Below, one piece after another: positions 9,629 to 19,610 of a stretch of 64,000 nt of DNA (position 1 is the stretch's first letter; each line of letters starts with the position of its first letter). The notes under the pieces were generated by a model. That model did not search any database. It was not told the origin of the DNA and was given only the letters and a program-made list of their open reading frames with translations. The translations under genes were made by a program, and so were the position numbers. Source of the stretch: Alphaproteobacteria bacterium (GTDB taxonomy: Bacteria; Pseudomonadota; Alphaproteobacteria; Rickettsiales; UBA8987); NCBI GenBank assembly GCA_031426355.1, contig JANPLD010000010.1:14968-78967 (forward strand), written 5' to 3'.

Positions 9629-10603
9629 ATGAATAACTCTCTGACACCAAGCGCAGTATTGACTCAAGCATATCTTGAATCTCCTTTAAGTCCTAAATTT
9701 GCCATTTTACAAATGGAGTTGGGGCATTATTATGATAATTCCACCATTCAAAATGAATCAATAATAGCATTATTTGGCATTAGATCTGAGTTAATTAAGC
9801 CCGCTAATTCGGTCAGTGACTTTGAAAAGGTAAAAGGAGTTTATGAATTTCTGGTAGCTGAGATTTATGAAGATTTTAATAAGGTTCCAATAAATGAAAT
9901 TCCTAAAAAAGATCTTATTGAATATTTGTTAGATAAGAAAGGTCCTAAGCCAATAAACAGAGACGAGTTTTTTTCCGACCTTTTATATTTTGATAGGTTT
10001 GAAGGATTACACCGCGCTTTATATAAAAATTTGGATCCCTATTATAATATAAATTCCCTTCTTGAAAGGAACTCATTTAGAGAGGTAGCTTTAAATGGCT
10101 CTGATTCAAAAGTTAACGCATCACGCCATTTTATTTTGGGAGTATTTAAAGATTTAGCCAATGTACTAAAATATGAAAAAAATAAAATAAAATCTGAAGG
10201 TTCAGAATATAAGAATTTTGACACAGATGAATTTGAGCAGATGAAAAAGATTGAACTAGCAACCTCCAAATTAAAAGATATTTACTGGTTAGCCCTAAAT
10301 CCTATCTTTATTCAATTATATAAAGTTAAGGCTAATCTTATAGAAGGAGCCGTAGATTATTTAGAAAATAAAGCTCCAAAGATTTTAAGTCTTAATAACA
10401 AAATACTTGAGCCAACTAAATATGAAGAGCTAAAGATGGGTAAGTTGAATAAAACATTCTCCGATGCACTTGGTATAGTTTTTGAAAGAAGAGGGGTTGA
10501 TAAAGAATCACCTGAAGCTCAAAAAATGCTAAGTAATGTTAGCCTTGCGGTGGAGGGTTATTTTAAAATGAATTCCCTGCGAAGAAATATCATATCAAGA
10601 TAA
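9629..10603 (+). CDS. Hypothetical protein (orphan)
   Basis: Long ORF of 324 aa. It has no signal peptide or TM segment, no motif I recognise, and is more AT-rich by eye than its flanks. Confidence 0.5.
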   Translation: MNNSLTPSAVLTQAYLESPLSPKFAILQMELGHYYDNSTIQNESIIALFGIRSELIKPANSVSDFEKVKGVYEFLVAEIYEDFNKVPINEIPKKDLIEYLLDKKGPKPINRDEFFSDLLYFDRFEGLHRALYKNLDPYYNINSLLERNSFREVALNGSDSKVNASRHFILGVFKDLANVLKYEKNKIKSEGSEYKNFDTDEFEQMKKIELATSKLKDIYWLALNPIFIQLYKVKANLIEGAVDYLENKAPKILSLNNKILEPTKYEELKMGKLNKTFSDALGIVFERRGVDKESPEAQKMLSNVSLAVEGYFKMNSLRRNIISR

Positions 10604-12127
10604 TTATTTAATCCTTCTAAGCCTTTTTCTATCCGCTGAGGTCGGGATATGCATTGCTTCACGGTATTTCGCAACGGTTCTGCGGGCAATACCAATGCCT
10701 TTTTCTTTTAAGATATTTGCGATCTCATCATCGGAAAGTATCTTTTCTTCTGCATCAATTGCTTGCCTGATCATATTCTTCACACTTTCTGACGACACAT
10801 CATTTTCACTTGCGGTCGAGGAAAGCGAATTGGTAAAGAAATAACGAAGCTCCAGCACCCCACGCGGTGTAGAGATATATTTATTCGCAACAACCCTTCC
10901 AACAGTGCTTTCATGAAGCTCAACCACGTCGGCAATCTGCTTCATAGTCATAGGCTTTAGATAATTGATACCCTTATCAAAAAAATCAGTTTGTGAATCA
11001 ACTATTGCTTTTGCAACTCTCAGAATTGAATCATAACGCTGGCTGATCGCCCTTATAAGAAAGTTTGCAGTATTAAGGTTTGAACTTAAATATTCCTTAT
11101 GTTCTTCTTTTATCTTACCGCTTTTAACTTTCTGGTAATAATCTTTTTTAACGCGCAGGCGCGGCATGATCTCATAATTGAGTTCAATATCCCATATCTT
11201 GCCTTTCTTTACTAAATAAAGATCAGGTATTTTTGTTGCGGCATTTTCTTCCGAAAAATTAGAAGCAGGGCGTGGATTAAGGGATTTTACTTCAGCTATC
11301 ATCAAAGTTAGGTCTTCCTCATCAACCCCGCATATCTTCTTTAATTTCTGTGTCTCGCCTTTTGCAAGCAGTTCCAGATTCCCGATAAGTTTTTCCATCG
11401 CCGGGTCCAGCCTATCTAGCTCCTTAAGCTGGATACGCAAACACTCCTGCAGGCTTCTTGCAAATACTCCTGCCGGATCAAGCTTTTGCAGTTTTAAAAT
11501 TACTTTTTCAATATCCTCTAAATTGGATCCGAGTTTTGTAGCAAGTGCGTTAATTTCTTCCTCATAATTCGCCTGCGCCAGATATCCCTTTGCATCAAGA
11601 AAATCCAGCAAATGATTGGCTATGATAGTTTCCGCATTATCTGAAAAATCCAAAGTGATCTGGTCAGCGATATGTTCGCGCAGGGTTTTTTCCTGAGAGT
11701 AATTTTTCTCTATTACCGATCCTGCATCAATATCGTCATGACTCTTGGAATTATTGGTGCGGTATTCATCATAATCGCCTGAATTAGCAACAGCAAAATC
11801 CCCTTCGGACTGGTCATTATCAAGCGGGGAAGCTTCATTTTCTGAAAATTTATCAGAGCTTAGATTTTCAAAGGAATCTTTTTCAATTGTTTCTGAATTA
11901 TCCTCCTCACTCTCGCTACTTTCAACATTTTCATTATCAGTTTCTTTCGCTTCAGAATTTGCTTCATCTTCTTTTTCAAGAAGTGGGTTTTGCTCAATTT
12001 CAGTTTCCAGAAACTCATTGAGGTCAAGCGAAGATAATTGCAGTATCTTCAACGATTGCTGCATTTGCGGCGTAAGCACCAGCTGCTGCGCCTGTTTTAA
12101 GACAAGTGATTGTGATTGATTAACCAT
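10604..12127 (-). CDS. rpoN: RNA polymerase sigma-54 factor
   Basis: Gln/Leu-rich region I (LKQAQQLVLTPQMQQSLKILQ), acidic region II, and a C-terminal HTH plus RpoN box (ARRTVAKYRE). Confidence 0.9.
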   Translation of the reverse strand: MVNQSQSLVLKQAQQLVLTPQMQQSLKILQLSSLDLNEFLETEIEQNPLLEKEDEANSEAKETDNENVESSESEEDNSETIEKDSFENLSSDKFSENEASPLDNDQSEGDFAVANSGDYDEYRTNNSKSHDDIDAGSVIEKNYSQEKTLREHIADQITLDFSDNAETIIANHLLDFLDAKGYLAQANYEEEINALATKLGSNLEDIEKVILKLQKLDPAGVFARSLQECLRIQLKELDRLDPAMEKLIGNLELLAKGETQKLKKICGVDEEDLTLMIAEVKSLNPRPASNFSEENAATKIPDLYLVKKGKIWDIELNYEIMPRLRVKKDYYQKVKSGKIKEEHKEYLSSNLNTANFLIRAISQRYDSILRVAKAIVDSQTDFFDKGINYLKPMTMKQIADVVELHESTVGRVVANKYISTPRGVLELRYFFTNSLSSTASENDVSSESVKNMIRQAIDAEEKILSDDEIANILKEKGIGIARRTVAKYREAMHIPTSADRKRLRRIK

Positions 12128-12167
12128 ATATGAAAGAGTATCTATTTACTTAAAAAAATCAAGAACC

Positions 12168-12626
12168 ATGCCAATAATTGATCTTCAAACTGCAAAAGAA
12201 TTTAAAAACTCTAGCAAGGCGTGTTTATGCCTTGATCTTGGAGAAAAGAAAATAGGTGTAGCAAAATCGGACGCTGGATGGTTTTTAGCAAGTCCGCTTA
12301 AAGTTCTGGATGCAAAAAAGTTTTCCATAATTGCAAACGAGATATTTGAAATAATTAAAGAAAACCAGATCATTTTATTAGTTATCGGTCTGCCGCTGAA
12401 TGCTGATGGCACGACTAACACAAAAACACAGTCAGCCCAGCAATTCGGTAGAAACCTCACTAAGATAAATGATATAAATGTATGTTTTGAAGATGAGAGA
12501 TTCTCAACTGTCGTTTCCCATAAATCATTGGATGGCCTCAACTTAACCGAGGGCATGAAAAAGAAATTCATCGACAAACTCGCCGCCGCGCAGATACTTC
12601 AGGGGTTCTTGGATAAAATAAAATAA
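12168..12626 (+). CDS. ruvX: Putative pre-16S rRNA nuclease / Holliday junction resolvase-like protein YqgF
   Basis: 152 aa with LDLGEKKIGVA near the N-terminus, GLPLNADGT and DERFST, which is the YqgF/RuvX pattern. Confidence 0.85.
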   Translation: MPIIDLQTAKEFKNSSKACLCLDLGEKKIGVAKSDAGWFLASPLKVLDAKKFSIIANEIFEIIKENQIILLVIGLPLNADGTTNTKTQSAQQFGRNLTKINDINVCFEDERFSTVVSHKSLDGLNLTEGMKKKFIDKLAAAQILQGFLDKIK

Positions 12627-12627
12627 G

Positions 12628-13329
12628 TCAGTTATTCAAAGCCTTTAGTATTTCTACAAAATGCTTGTGATCATTTATTTTCCCGATCTTTGTTTTTGAA
12701 AAATAAGGCGTAACATCCGCATCACCAAATATAACAGGCAGGCAATTGGCACTTATGGCTGCTTCAATATCCGTTCTGCTATCGCCAACCATCCATACAT
12801 TTTGTGGGTAATCATCCTGATGTATATTACTTGCGTGAAGCGCCATATATAAAGGCTCCGCATGTGGTTTGTCTTTTTTTGCATCAGTTGCGCCTATTAT
12901 CTTATGAAAATAATGGTCAATTTTTAAATGGTTAAGCTCATCACGCAAATATTGCCCCGTCTTATTACTCACTATCGCAAGGTAGATATTAAGTTTTTTA
13001 AGCTCCTCCAGTGTTTCCTGCGCGCCATCAAGTAGTTTTATCTCATCTAAATGAACTGCCAGAAAATTTTTGTAATATATCTCTTTTGCCTTTTCCCAGT
13101 GTTCGCCAAATATTGCCGGAAAAGATTCGCGAAGCGAATGGTGTATCTTTTCCCTGCCATTTATAACATCTTCATAACTCCATTCATCCTTACCCATCTC
13201 TTTAAAAGTAATGTTCAATGCGCGGAATATTATCGGCCAGCTATTTGCAAGCGTATTATCCCAATCAAGCAATATTGCCTTTGGTTTGCCGAACTGCTCA
13301 ATTAATTTTTCTATGGAGATGGTAGACAT
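12628..13329 (-). CDS. HAD-superfamily hydrolase (phosphoglycolate phosphatase-like)
   Basis: HAD motif I LLDWDNTL, motif II VSNK, and motif III/IV K..P and VGDSRTDIEAA. Confidence 0.7.
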   Translation of the reverse strand: MSTISIEKLIEQFGKPKAILLDWDNTLANSWPIIFRALNITFKEMGKDEWSYEDVINGREKIHHSLRESFPAIFGEHWEKAKEIYYKNFLAVHLDEIKLLDGAQETLEELKKLNIYLAIVSNKTGQYLRDELNHLKIDHYFHKIIGATDAKKDKPHAEPLYMALHASNIHQDDYPQNVWMVGDSRTDIEAAISANCLPVIFGDADVTPYFSKTKIGKINDHKHFVEILKALNN

Positions 13330-13369
13330 ATATAGTTATTGATCCGCCTTTATAAGGTGATAGGTCGTG

Positions 13370-13723
13370 TTATTTCTTAAGCTTAGAAGTTTTTTTCTTT
13401 TTCTCTTTCTGAATTCTCGCGGCTTTCTCATCAAGGCCTGAGATTCCAAGCCTTTTCTCAAGCTCCGCAAGAACTTCATCTGGCTTTATTTTCTTGGAAT
13501 ATAAAAGGACAAGTAAATGAAATAATAGATCGGCAGATTCGCTGACTATCCTGTCTTTACTTTCAGTAAGCGCCGCGATTATCGTTTCAGCAGCTTCCTC
13601 ACCAACTTTCTTCGATATTTTTTTTGCGCCGCCTTCAAGTAATGAAGCAACGTAAGATTTTTCAGGGTCAGCAGATTTCCTGCTTTCGATAACCTTATAT
13701 ATTTTGTTTAATGTCTCATTCAT
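13370..13723 (-). CDS. hisE: Phosphoribosyl-ATP pyrophosphatase
   Basis: SYVASLL..G..KI.KKVGEEAAETIIA...LV.ESADLLFHLLVLL pattern, with a short Lys-rich tail. It sits directly downstream of hisF. Confidence 0.85.
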   Translation of the reverse strand: MNETLNKIYKVIESRKSADPEKSYVASLLEGGAKKISKKVGEEAAETIIAALTESKDRIVSESADLLFHLLVLLYSKKIKPDEVLAELEKRLGISGLDEKAARIQKEKKKKTSKLKK

Positions 13724-13726
13724 ATT

Positions 13727-14488
13727 TTAAAGTCTAACCTCAATTCCCTCATTTCTCATATATTCTTTTACCTGTTTAATAGTAAACTTGCCAAAATGGA
13801 AAACAGATGCGGCAAGAACAGCACTTGCTTTACCTTTCTGAATACCTTCCGCAAAATGCGGTAGCTCCCCAACGCCGCCGGAAGCAATTACCGGAATATT
13901 TACCGCGTCAGATATCGCAGATGTTAATTTGCAATCAAACCCTTGCTTGGTACCGTCCCTATCCATGGAGGTAAGCAATATTTCTCCGGCTCCAAGTTCT
14001 GCCATTTTCTTCGCCCATTCAACAGCATTTATCCCTGTTTCCTTCCTTCCGCCATGTGTATAAATTTCATAAAAGCCGCTATTTGGGTTCATCTTTGCAT
14101 CTATCCCGACAACTATACATTGGTTCCCGAATTTTTGTGATGCTTCCTTTACCAGTTCAGGGTTAGTTATCGCAGCTGTATTGATTGATACTTTATCAGC
14201 TCCGCTATTTAGTAGTTTCCTTATATTTTCAACGGTTCTGATCCCTCCGCCAACTGTAAGCGGCATAAAACATGTCTCAGCTACCTGTTCAACTATATGG
14301 TAAATATTTTCACGGTTCTCATGGGAGGCCGTAATATCAAGAAAACACAGTTCATCAGCTCCCTGCGCCTCATAAACTTTGGCCTGTTCCACCGGGTCAC
14401 CCGCATCAACAAGGTTCACGAAATTGACGCCTTTTACCACTCTTCCGGCGCTTACATCTAAACAGGGGATTACTCTGGCTTTTAACAT
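13727..14488 (-). CDS. hisF: Imidazole glycerol phosphate synthase, cyclase subunit
   Basis: [37 protein letters not shown] and ASGG are all characteristic of HisF. Confidence 0.95.
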   Translation of the reverse strand: MLKARVIPCLDVSAGRVVKGVNFVNLVDAGDPVEQAKVYEAQGADELCFLDITASHENRENIYHIVEQVAETCFMPLTVGGGIRTVENIRKLLNSGADKVSINTAAITNPELVKEASQKFGNQCIVVGIDAKMNPNSGFYEIYTHGGRKETGINAVEWAKKMAELGAGEILLTSMDRDGTKQGFDCKLTSAISDAVNIPVIASGGVGELPHFAEGIQKGKASAVLAASVFHFGKFTIKQVKEYMRNEGIEVRL

Positions 14489-14549
14489 TTAAATTGTAAC
14501 CTATATATTATTATCAACGAAGTATTCAGTAGAAACGAATATTAAATTT

Positions 14550-15044
14550 ATGAAATATACAGCAATTTTAATAATGATTTTAGCGGGGTTATCAATAATA
14601 ACCTCAAACGCATATTCACAAGTCAATAAAACGGAGGTTAATATGAAAGATATAAACCAGGCATTGGACTACGCCGCTCACCTTACAGAAGCGCAGCATA
14701 AGGTAATGTTCTGCTCGTCTACCGAAAGGCCTTTTTCAAGTGAGCTTCTGAAAGAGCACCGTAAAGGCAAGTTCGTTTGCGCCGCTTGCGGGCAGGTTAT
14801 ATTTGATTCTAACACCAAGTTTGATTCCGGCACCGGCTGGCCCAGTTTCTATGATGCCGTTCCGAGAAGTGTCATCACCCAGCCAGATCATGAATTAGGC
14901 TCTGAAAGGACAGAATTCCACTGCTCTAAATGCGGCGGGCATTTCGGCCATATCTTTGACGATGGCCCCGGGCCAACAGGTAAAAGATACTGTACCAATG
15001 GCGTTGCGTTAAAGTTTATCCCTGATGAACAGGAGAAAAAATAA
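14550..15044 (+). CDS. msrB: Peptide-methionine (R)-S-oxide reductase with predicted N-terminal signal peptide
   Basis: SelR domain with two CxxC pairs (CAACG, CSKCGGHFGHIF) and GWPSF. The N-terminus MKYTAILIMILAGLSIITSNA/YS looks like a Sec signal. An alternative internal ATG at 14643 is preceded by GGAGG (14633-14637). Confidence 0.85.
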   Translation: MKYTAILIMILAGLSIITSNAYSQVNKTEVNMKDINQALDYAAHLTEAQHKVMFCSSTERPFSSELLKEHRKGKFVCAACGQVIFDSNTKFDSGTGWPSFYDAVPRSVITQPDHELGSERTEFHCSKCGGHFGHIFDDGPGPTGKRYCTNGVALKFIPDEQEKK

Positions 15045-15045
15045 T

Positions 15046-15639
15046 ATGAAGAAACTTTTCTTAACAATAATAACATTATTCTTTTCTATGAACTCTCAAG
15101 CTCAAAATAATAATCAGAAAAATGAATTGGCAACCTTCGCAGGTGGCTGCTTCTGGTGCATGCAGCCAGTATTTGACGAAATGCCGGGAGTTATTTCAAC
15201 CAAAGTTGGTTATTCCGGTGGTGATAAGCCAAACCCTACATATGATGATGTTTCCAGTGGTCAGTCTGGCCATTTTGAGGTTATTCAGATTGAGTTCGAC
15301 GCTAAAATCATTACTTTTGAAGCGCTACTTGATAAATTCATAAGGAACATTGACCCGATCAACCCTGAAGGTCAGTTCTACGATAAAGGGCCGCAATATC
15401 AAACCGCAGTACTTTATCATAGTCAGGAGCAGAAAAACATATCTGAAAGCTATTTCAAAAAACTGAAGGAATCAAAAGTTCTTAAAGGCGAAGTCGCAAC
15501 TGCCTTGATTCCTTTCAAAGCCTTTTATGAAGCCGAAAATTACCACCAGAAATACTACCAAAAAAACGCCGTCAGGTATGAACTCTATAAGATCGGTAGC
15601 GGCAGGAAGAAAAAGCTTCATGAGATATGGGGAGAGTAG
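15046..15639 (+). CDS. msrA: Peptide-methionine (S)-S-oxide reductase with predicted N-terminal signal peptide
   Basis: Active site GGCFWC. The start at 15046 (MKKLFLTIITLFFSMNSQA/Q) has AGGAG at 15031-15035. There is no Met between the signal-like segment and the active site. It lies 1 nt after the msrB stop. Confidence 0.85.
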   Translation: MKKLFLTIITLFFSMNSQAQNNNQKNELATFAGGCFWCMQPVFDEMPGVISTKVGYSGGDKPNPTYDDVSSGQSGHFEVIQIEFDAKIITFEALLDKFIRNIDPINPEGQFYDKGPQYQTAVLYHSQEQKNISESYFKKLKESKVLKGEVATALIPFKAFYEAENYHQKYYQKNAVRYELYKIGSGRKKKLHEIWGE

Positions 15640-15648
15640 TTGGTATAA

Positions 15649-16503
15649 TTACTCCTTCTGTACTATCTCATGCCCCATCGCTCGCTCGAAAAAGTAATTA
15701 AATTCTGCGCCAAATATATAAATAACCGCTAATACGTAAAAGAATATCAAAGTAACTATCAAATTCGCCAAGCTTCCATAAACTATATTTAGTTGCCTGT
15801 AGTGGTTGATATATTCCGCAAATATATAGGCAGATGTAAGCCATAATACCAAAACTACTAATGCACCCGGGACAACATTTATCCAGCTCTGTTTTATATT
15901 TGGTAATACCCAGTAACTTACTGAAACAGCAATGAATATTGCAGCAGATGAAATGTAAATTCGTAGTGAGGTGAATATCGGGTCAAGCTCAAAGCTGAAC
16001 GACAATTGGTATTGAAGAAAATCCCACAGATTAGGCGCAAAGGTAAGGAAGAACATTGCAACAATAACAATGAACGTAAGTATAATTATCTCAAGCATGC
16101 TCATAAGCCTGCGGAAAATATATTTTGGCGGGTTATCCACCCTGTAAGCGCGGTTAAGTATGGTTCTTATGCCTTCAACAATTGAAGATGATGTCCATAT
16201 TATACCAATAACAGCGAGCGTAAGAAGTCCCTGCGGTGGCCCCGTGAGTATCTCGTCTATCCGTGGTTCAAGCGTATAAAAAACGTCATGTGGAAGGAAG
16301 TTCCTTATCTCATCAATAAAATTACTACCGATTTCCTGCCTCCCCAAAGCTCCCGCGATCGAGAATACAAAAACAAGAAATGGAAAAAGTGATAATAACG
16401 CAAGGAAGGCCAGATATCCCGCATGCTCAATGCCATCATGCATCACCGTATAATAACCGGAATTATAGAAAACCCTGCCGAGCCTTTTTAATTTTTTATT
16501 CAC
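15649..16503 (-). CDS. YihY/BrkB-family inner-membrane protein
   Basis: 284 aa and polytopic. The N-terminal AGYLAFLALLSLFPFLVF and the C-terminal GAEFN are typical of the YihY (formerly RNase BN) family. Confidence 0.8.
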   Translation of the reverse strand: MNKKLKRLGRVFYNSGYYTVMHDGIEHAGYLAFLALLSLFPFLVFVFSIAGALGRQEIGSNFIDEIRNFLPHDVFYTLEPRIDEILTGPPQGLLTLAVIGIIWTSSSIVEGIRTILNRAYRVDNPPKYIFRRLMSMLEIIILTFIVIVAMFFLTFAPNLWDFLQYQLSFSFELDPIFTSLRIYISSAAIFIAVSVSYWVLPNIKQSWINVVPGALVVLVLWLTSAYIFAEYINHYRQLNIVYGSLANLIVTLIFFYVLAVIYIFGAEFNYFFERAMGHEIVQKE

Positions 16504-16607
16504 GTATCTATCAAATTATTCTTGAAGCCATTATAAACGATAATTATTGATATCTCATAGAAACAAAACTAGATATATAAAGCAAGAAGTCTAAAAATTT
16601 AAATCTG

Positions 16608-17549
16608 ATGTCAAAACACACTAAAGTTCTAATTATCGGTTCAGGTGCAGCTGGTTGTACGGCGGCAATATATACAGCTCGCGCGAATTTAAAGCCAATT
16701 CTGGTTCGCGGTATGCAGCCCGGCGGGCAAATGACCATCACTACAGATGTTGAAAACTTTCCAGGCTTTGCTGACGTTATCCAAGGCCCATGGCTTATGG
16801 AGCAGATGGAAAAACAGGCGGAGAACGTTGGCACAGATATAATAAATGACCATATCATCGAAGCTGACTTCTCTAAAAAACCTTTTACTTTCAAAGGGGA
16901 TTCAGGAGAAGTTTACACGGCGGATTCAGTTGTTCTGGCAACTGGCGCGTCGGCAAAATGGCTGGGCTTACCAACTGAAAAGAAATTCCAAGGCTATGGT
17001 GTTTCTGGTTGCGCTACATGTGATGGCTTCTTTTTCAGGAACAAACCCGTCATAGTTATCGGGGGCGGTAATACCGCGGTTGAAGAAGCTTTATACCTCA
17101 CAAACCATGCATCAAAAGTTACGCTCATTCACCGCCGCGATACTCTGCGTGCTGAAAAGATCATGCAGAAAAGATTGTTCGAACACCCGAAAGTAGAAGT
17201 TATTTGGGATTCCGCTCTTGAAGAAGTTATTGGAACGGAAAACCCGCTTTCAGTAACGGCCGCAAAGATAAAAAACCTTAAAACTAACCAGATAACTGAA
17301 ATTCCGGTTGAAGGAATATTTATCGCAATAGGCCATAAACCTAATACAGATATATTCCAGAGCAAGATCGACCTTGATGAAGAAGGCTATATAGTTACAA
17401 AACCTGGCACCACAAAAACCAATATTGAAGGCGTATTTGCCGCAGGTGATGTTCAGGATAAAATTTACCGCCAAGCAGTAACAGCCGCAGGTTCAGGCTG
17501 TATGGCGGCTCTGGACGCAACTAAATATATTGAACTGCTGGGACATTAA
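16608..17549 (+). CDS. trxB: Thioredoxin-disulfide reductase
   Basis: FAD motif IIGSGAAG, redox-active CATCDG, NADPH motif GGGNTAVEEA, and C-terminal GDV.D..YRQA.TAAG.GC.AA. Confidence 0.9.
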   Translation: MSKHTKVLIIGSGAAGCTAAIYTARANLKPILVRGMQPGGQMTITTDVENFPGFADVIQGPWLMEQMEKQAENVGTDIINDHIIEADFSKKPFTFKGDSGEVYTADSVVLATGASAKWLGLPTEKKFQGYGVSGCATCDGFFFRNKPVIVIGGGNTAVEEALYLTNHASKVTLIHRRDTLRAEKIMQKRLFEHPKVEVIWDSALEEVIGTENPLSVTAAKIKNLKTNQITEIPVEGIFIAIGHKPNTDIFQSKIDLDEEGYIVTKPGTTKTNIEGVFAAGDVQDKIYRQAVTAAGSGCMAALDATKYIELLGH

Positions 17550-17561
17550 CCGGAAATTATA

Positions 17562-18116
17562 ATGCTGATAGCAGGTTTAGGAAATCCCGGGGACAAATAT
17601 GATAATACCCGCCACAATATCGGGTTCGATATTTGCTATAAGATAATTGAAGATTATGATTTTCCAAACCCGGTAAAAAAATTCCGCGGATTATTTACTC
17701 AAGGTAAGATCAGCGGTGAAGATGTAAAAATATTAATGCCGCAAACTTACATGAACAATAGCGGTATCTCAGTTTCCGAAGCGGCAAATTTCTACAAAGA
17801 AAAATTGGATAATGTAATAGTTATCCATGATGATCTTGATCTTGCCTTCGCCAAGCTCAAAATAAAAATAGGCGGCGGCGCAGCAGGCCATAACGGCCTC
17901 AAATCAATTGATGAGCATCTCGGGCAGGATTATAAAAGGCTTCGGGTTGGCATAGGTAAGCCTGAATTTAAAGAGCAGGTACATTCCTACGTTCTTAATA
18001 GGTTTTCCCCTGACGAACAAAAACTGGTGGAAGAATACGTTAAAAAAATAAGCAAATTATTCCCGCTGCTTGCTGAGAAAAAAGATGCATTATTCCTCAC
18101 AAGGTACGCTGAATGA
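17562..18116 (+). CDS. pth: Peptidyl-tRNA hydrolase
   Basis: GLGNPG..Y..TRHNIGF, MNNSG, DDLDL, and GG.GHNGLKS. Confidence 0.9.
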   Translation: MLIAGLGNPGDKYDNTRHNIGFDICYKIIEDYDFPNPVKKFRGLFTQGKISGEDVKILMPQTYMNNSGISVSEAANFYKEKLDNVIVIHDDLDLAFAKLKIKIGGGAAGHNGLKSIDEHLGQDYKRLRVGIGKPEFKEQVHSYVLNRFSPDEQKLVEEYVKKISKLFPLLAEKKDALFLTRYAE

Positions 18117-19591
18117 AATTCATGGATCTTACATATACGCTTGATAATCTGATGATACTGAACCCTATGAATTTTGTAGTGTCAGGACTTTACACCGATT
18201 CAAGAAAAGTAAAGCCTGATTCCATTTTCTTCGCATTAAAAGGTGAAAAGTTTAATGGCGAAAATTTCATCGAGGCCGCAATCGCAAATGGCGCCAAAGC
18301 AATTGTCGTTTCTGAAAGCTTTAATCAAAAGCTCCCAAATATCTCCATTATAAAAACCAAAAATATAAATAATATCCTCACTAACTGCGTCAGAATTTTT
18401 TATAAAGATAATCTCCCGGAAAATATTTATGCGGTCACCGGAACTAACGGCAAAACCTCAGTTGCTAATTTTACCGCGCAGATATTATCTAAATCAGGCA
18501 GACCTTCAGCTTCCGTTGGAACGCTTGGAACCCTCATCTCCGGCAATTTTGATAATTGCATCAGCGATAACGGTATGACAACCCCAGATATTGTCACCTT
18601 ATTTCAGGATCTGCAGGAGCTAAAAAATAAAAACATTGAAGATGTCGTAATGGAAGTCTCAAGCCATGGCCTGCATCAGAAAAGGCTCGGGCATTTAAAA
18701 TTCAATTCTGGCGCCTTCACCAACTTCACGCAGGATCATCTAGACTATCACCAGACCATGGAAGAATATTTTTCTGCCAAACTAGAATTACTTTCGCATT
18801 ACATTACTGAAGATGGCTACGCCGTGATCAATTCCGATATTCCCGAATACCAAAAGATAATTGATTATTGCACGCTTTATAAAAGAAAAGTTTTTGAATT
18901 CGGCAAAAAAGCAAAAGACCTCAAAATAAAAAATATTGATCTTCAGGAGACTGGTATTCAAATCAAGTTTGAATACCAGGGCAGAACAAGATCAGTTCAG
19001 ACAAACCTGATAGGCGAATTCCAGGCTTATAATCTGGCCTGCTCAATTGCATTGCTGCTTACGCAGAATTATGATTTTGAAGAAATTTTATCAAGATCCG
19101 AAGGCTTAACATCTGTAAAAGGCAGAATGGAATTAATTCCGCTTCTAAATGGTAAAGCTAAGGCTGTGGTCGATTATGCCCATACGCCAGATGCCCTTGA
19201 AAAAGCAATAAAATCAGTTCGCCTACACACTTCAGGAAAAGTAATTCTGGTTTTTGGTTGCGGCGGTGACAGGGACAAAACAAAACGTTTATTAATGGGT
19301 AAAATATCCGCTGAACTTGCAGATATAACCATAATCACTGATGATAACCCACGTACTGAAAGCGCAGAAAATATCCGCTCAGAAATTGCTTCCGCAAACC
19401 CCAAGGCTCTTAATATTGAGGGCAGGGAAGAGGCAATTAAAAAAGGTCTGGAAATCCTAAAAGAAGGTGATTCCTTACTCATAGCAGGCAAAGGCCACGA
19501 AGATTACCAGATAATCGGAACCCAAAAAAACCATTTCTCTGACCAGGAAGTTATAAAAGCCAATATTCCGCTAGTGTCATTGCGAGCATAG
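18113..19591 (+). CDS. murE: UDP-N-acetylmuramoyl-L-alanyl-D-glutamate--2,6-diaminopimelate ligase
   Basis: Mur ligase P-loop TGTNGKTS and the DAP-specific DNPR motif (TDDNPRTE). Its ATGA overlaps the pth stop. The last 5 codons plus the stop are encoded by the left repeat at 19574-19606. Confidence 0.9.
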   Translation: MKFMDLTYTLDNLMILNPMNFVVSGLYTDSRKVKPDSIFFALKGEKFNGENFIEAAIANGAKAIVVSESFNQKLPNISIIKTKNINNILTNCVRIFYKDNLPENIYAVTGTNGKTSVANFTAQILSKSGRPSASVGTLGTLISGNFDNCISDNGMTTPDIVTLFQDLQELKNKNIEDVVMEVSSHGLHQKRLGHLKFNSGAFTNFTQDHLDYHQTMEEYFSAKLELLSHYITEDGYAVINSDIPEYQKIIDYCTLYKRKVFEFGKKAKDLKIKNIDLQETGIQIKFEYQGRTRSVQTNLIGEFQAYNLACSIALLLTQNYDFEEILSRSEGLTSVKGRMELIPLLNGKAKAVVDYAHTPDALEKAIKSVRLHTSGKVILVFGCGGDRDKTKRLLMGKISAELADITIITDDNPRTESAENIRSEIASANPKALNIEGREEAIKKGLEILKEGDSLLIAGKGHEDYQIIGTQKNHFSDQEVIKANIPLVSLRA

Positions 19592-19606
19592 CGAAGCAAT
19601 CCAGGA
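19574..19606. repeat. Repeat copy 1 (GTGTCATTGCGAG..AGCGAAGCAATCCAG), left flank of the GIY-YIG ORF
   Basis: gtgtcattgcgagcatagcgaagcaatccagga. It is inverted relative to 19899-19935 and direct relative to 19948-19976. Confidence 0.85.
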
Positions 19607-19610
19607 TAAT

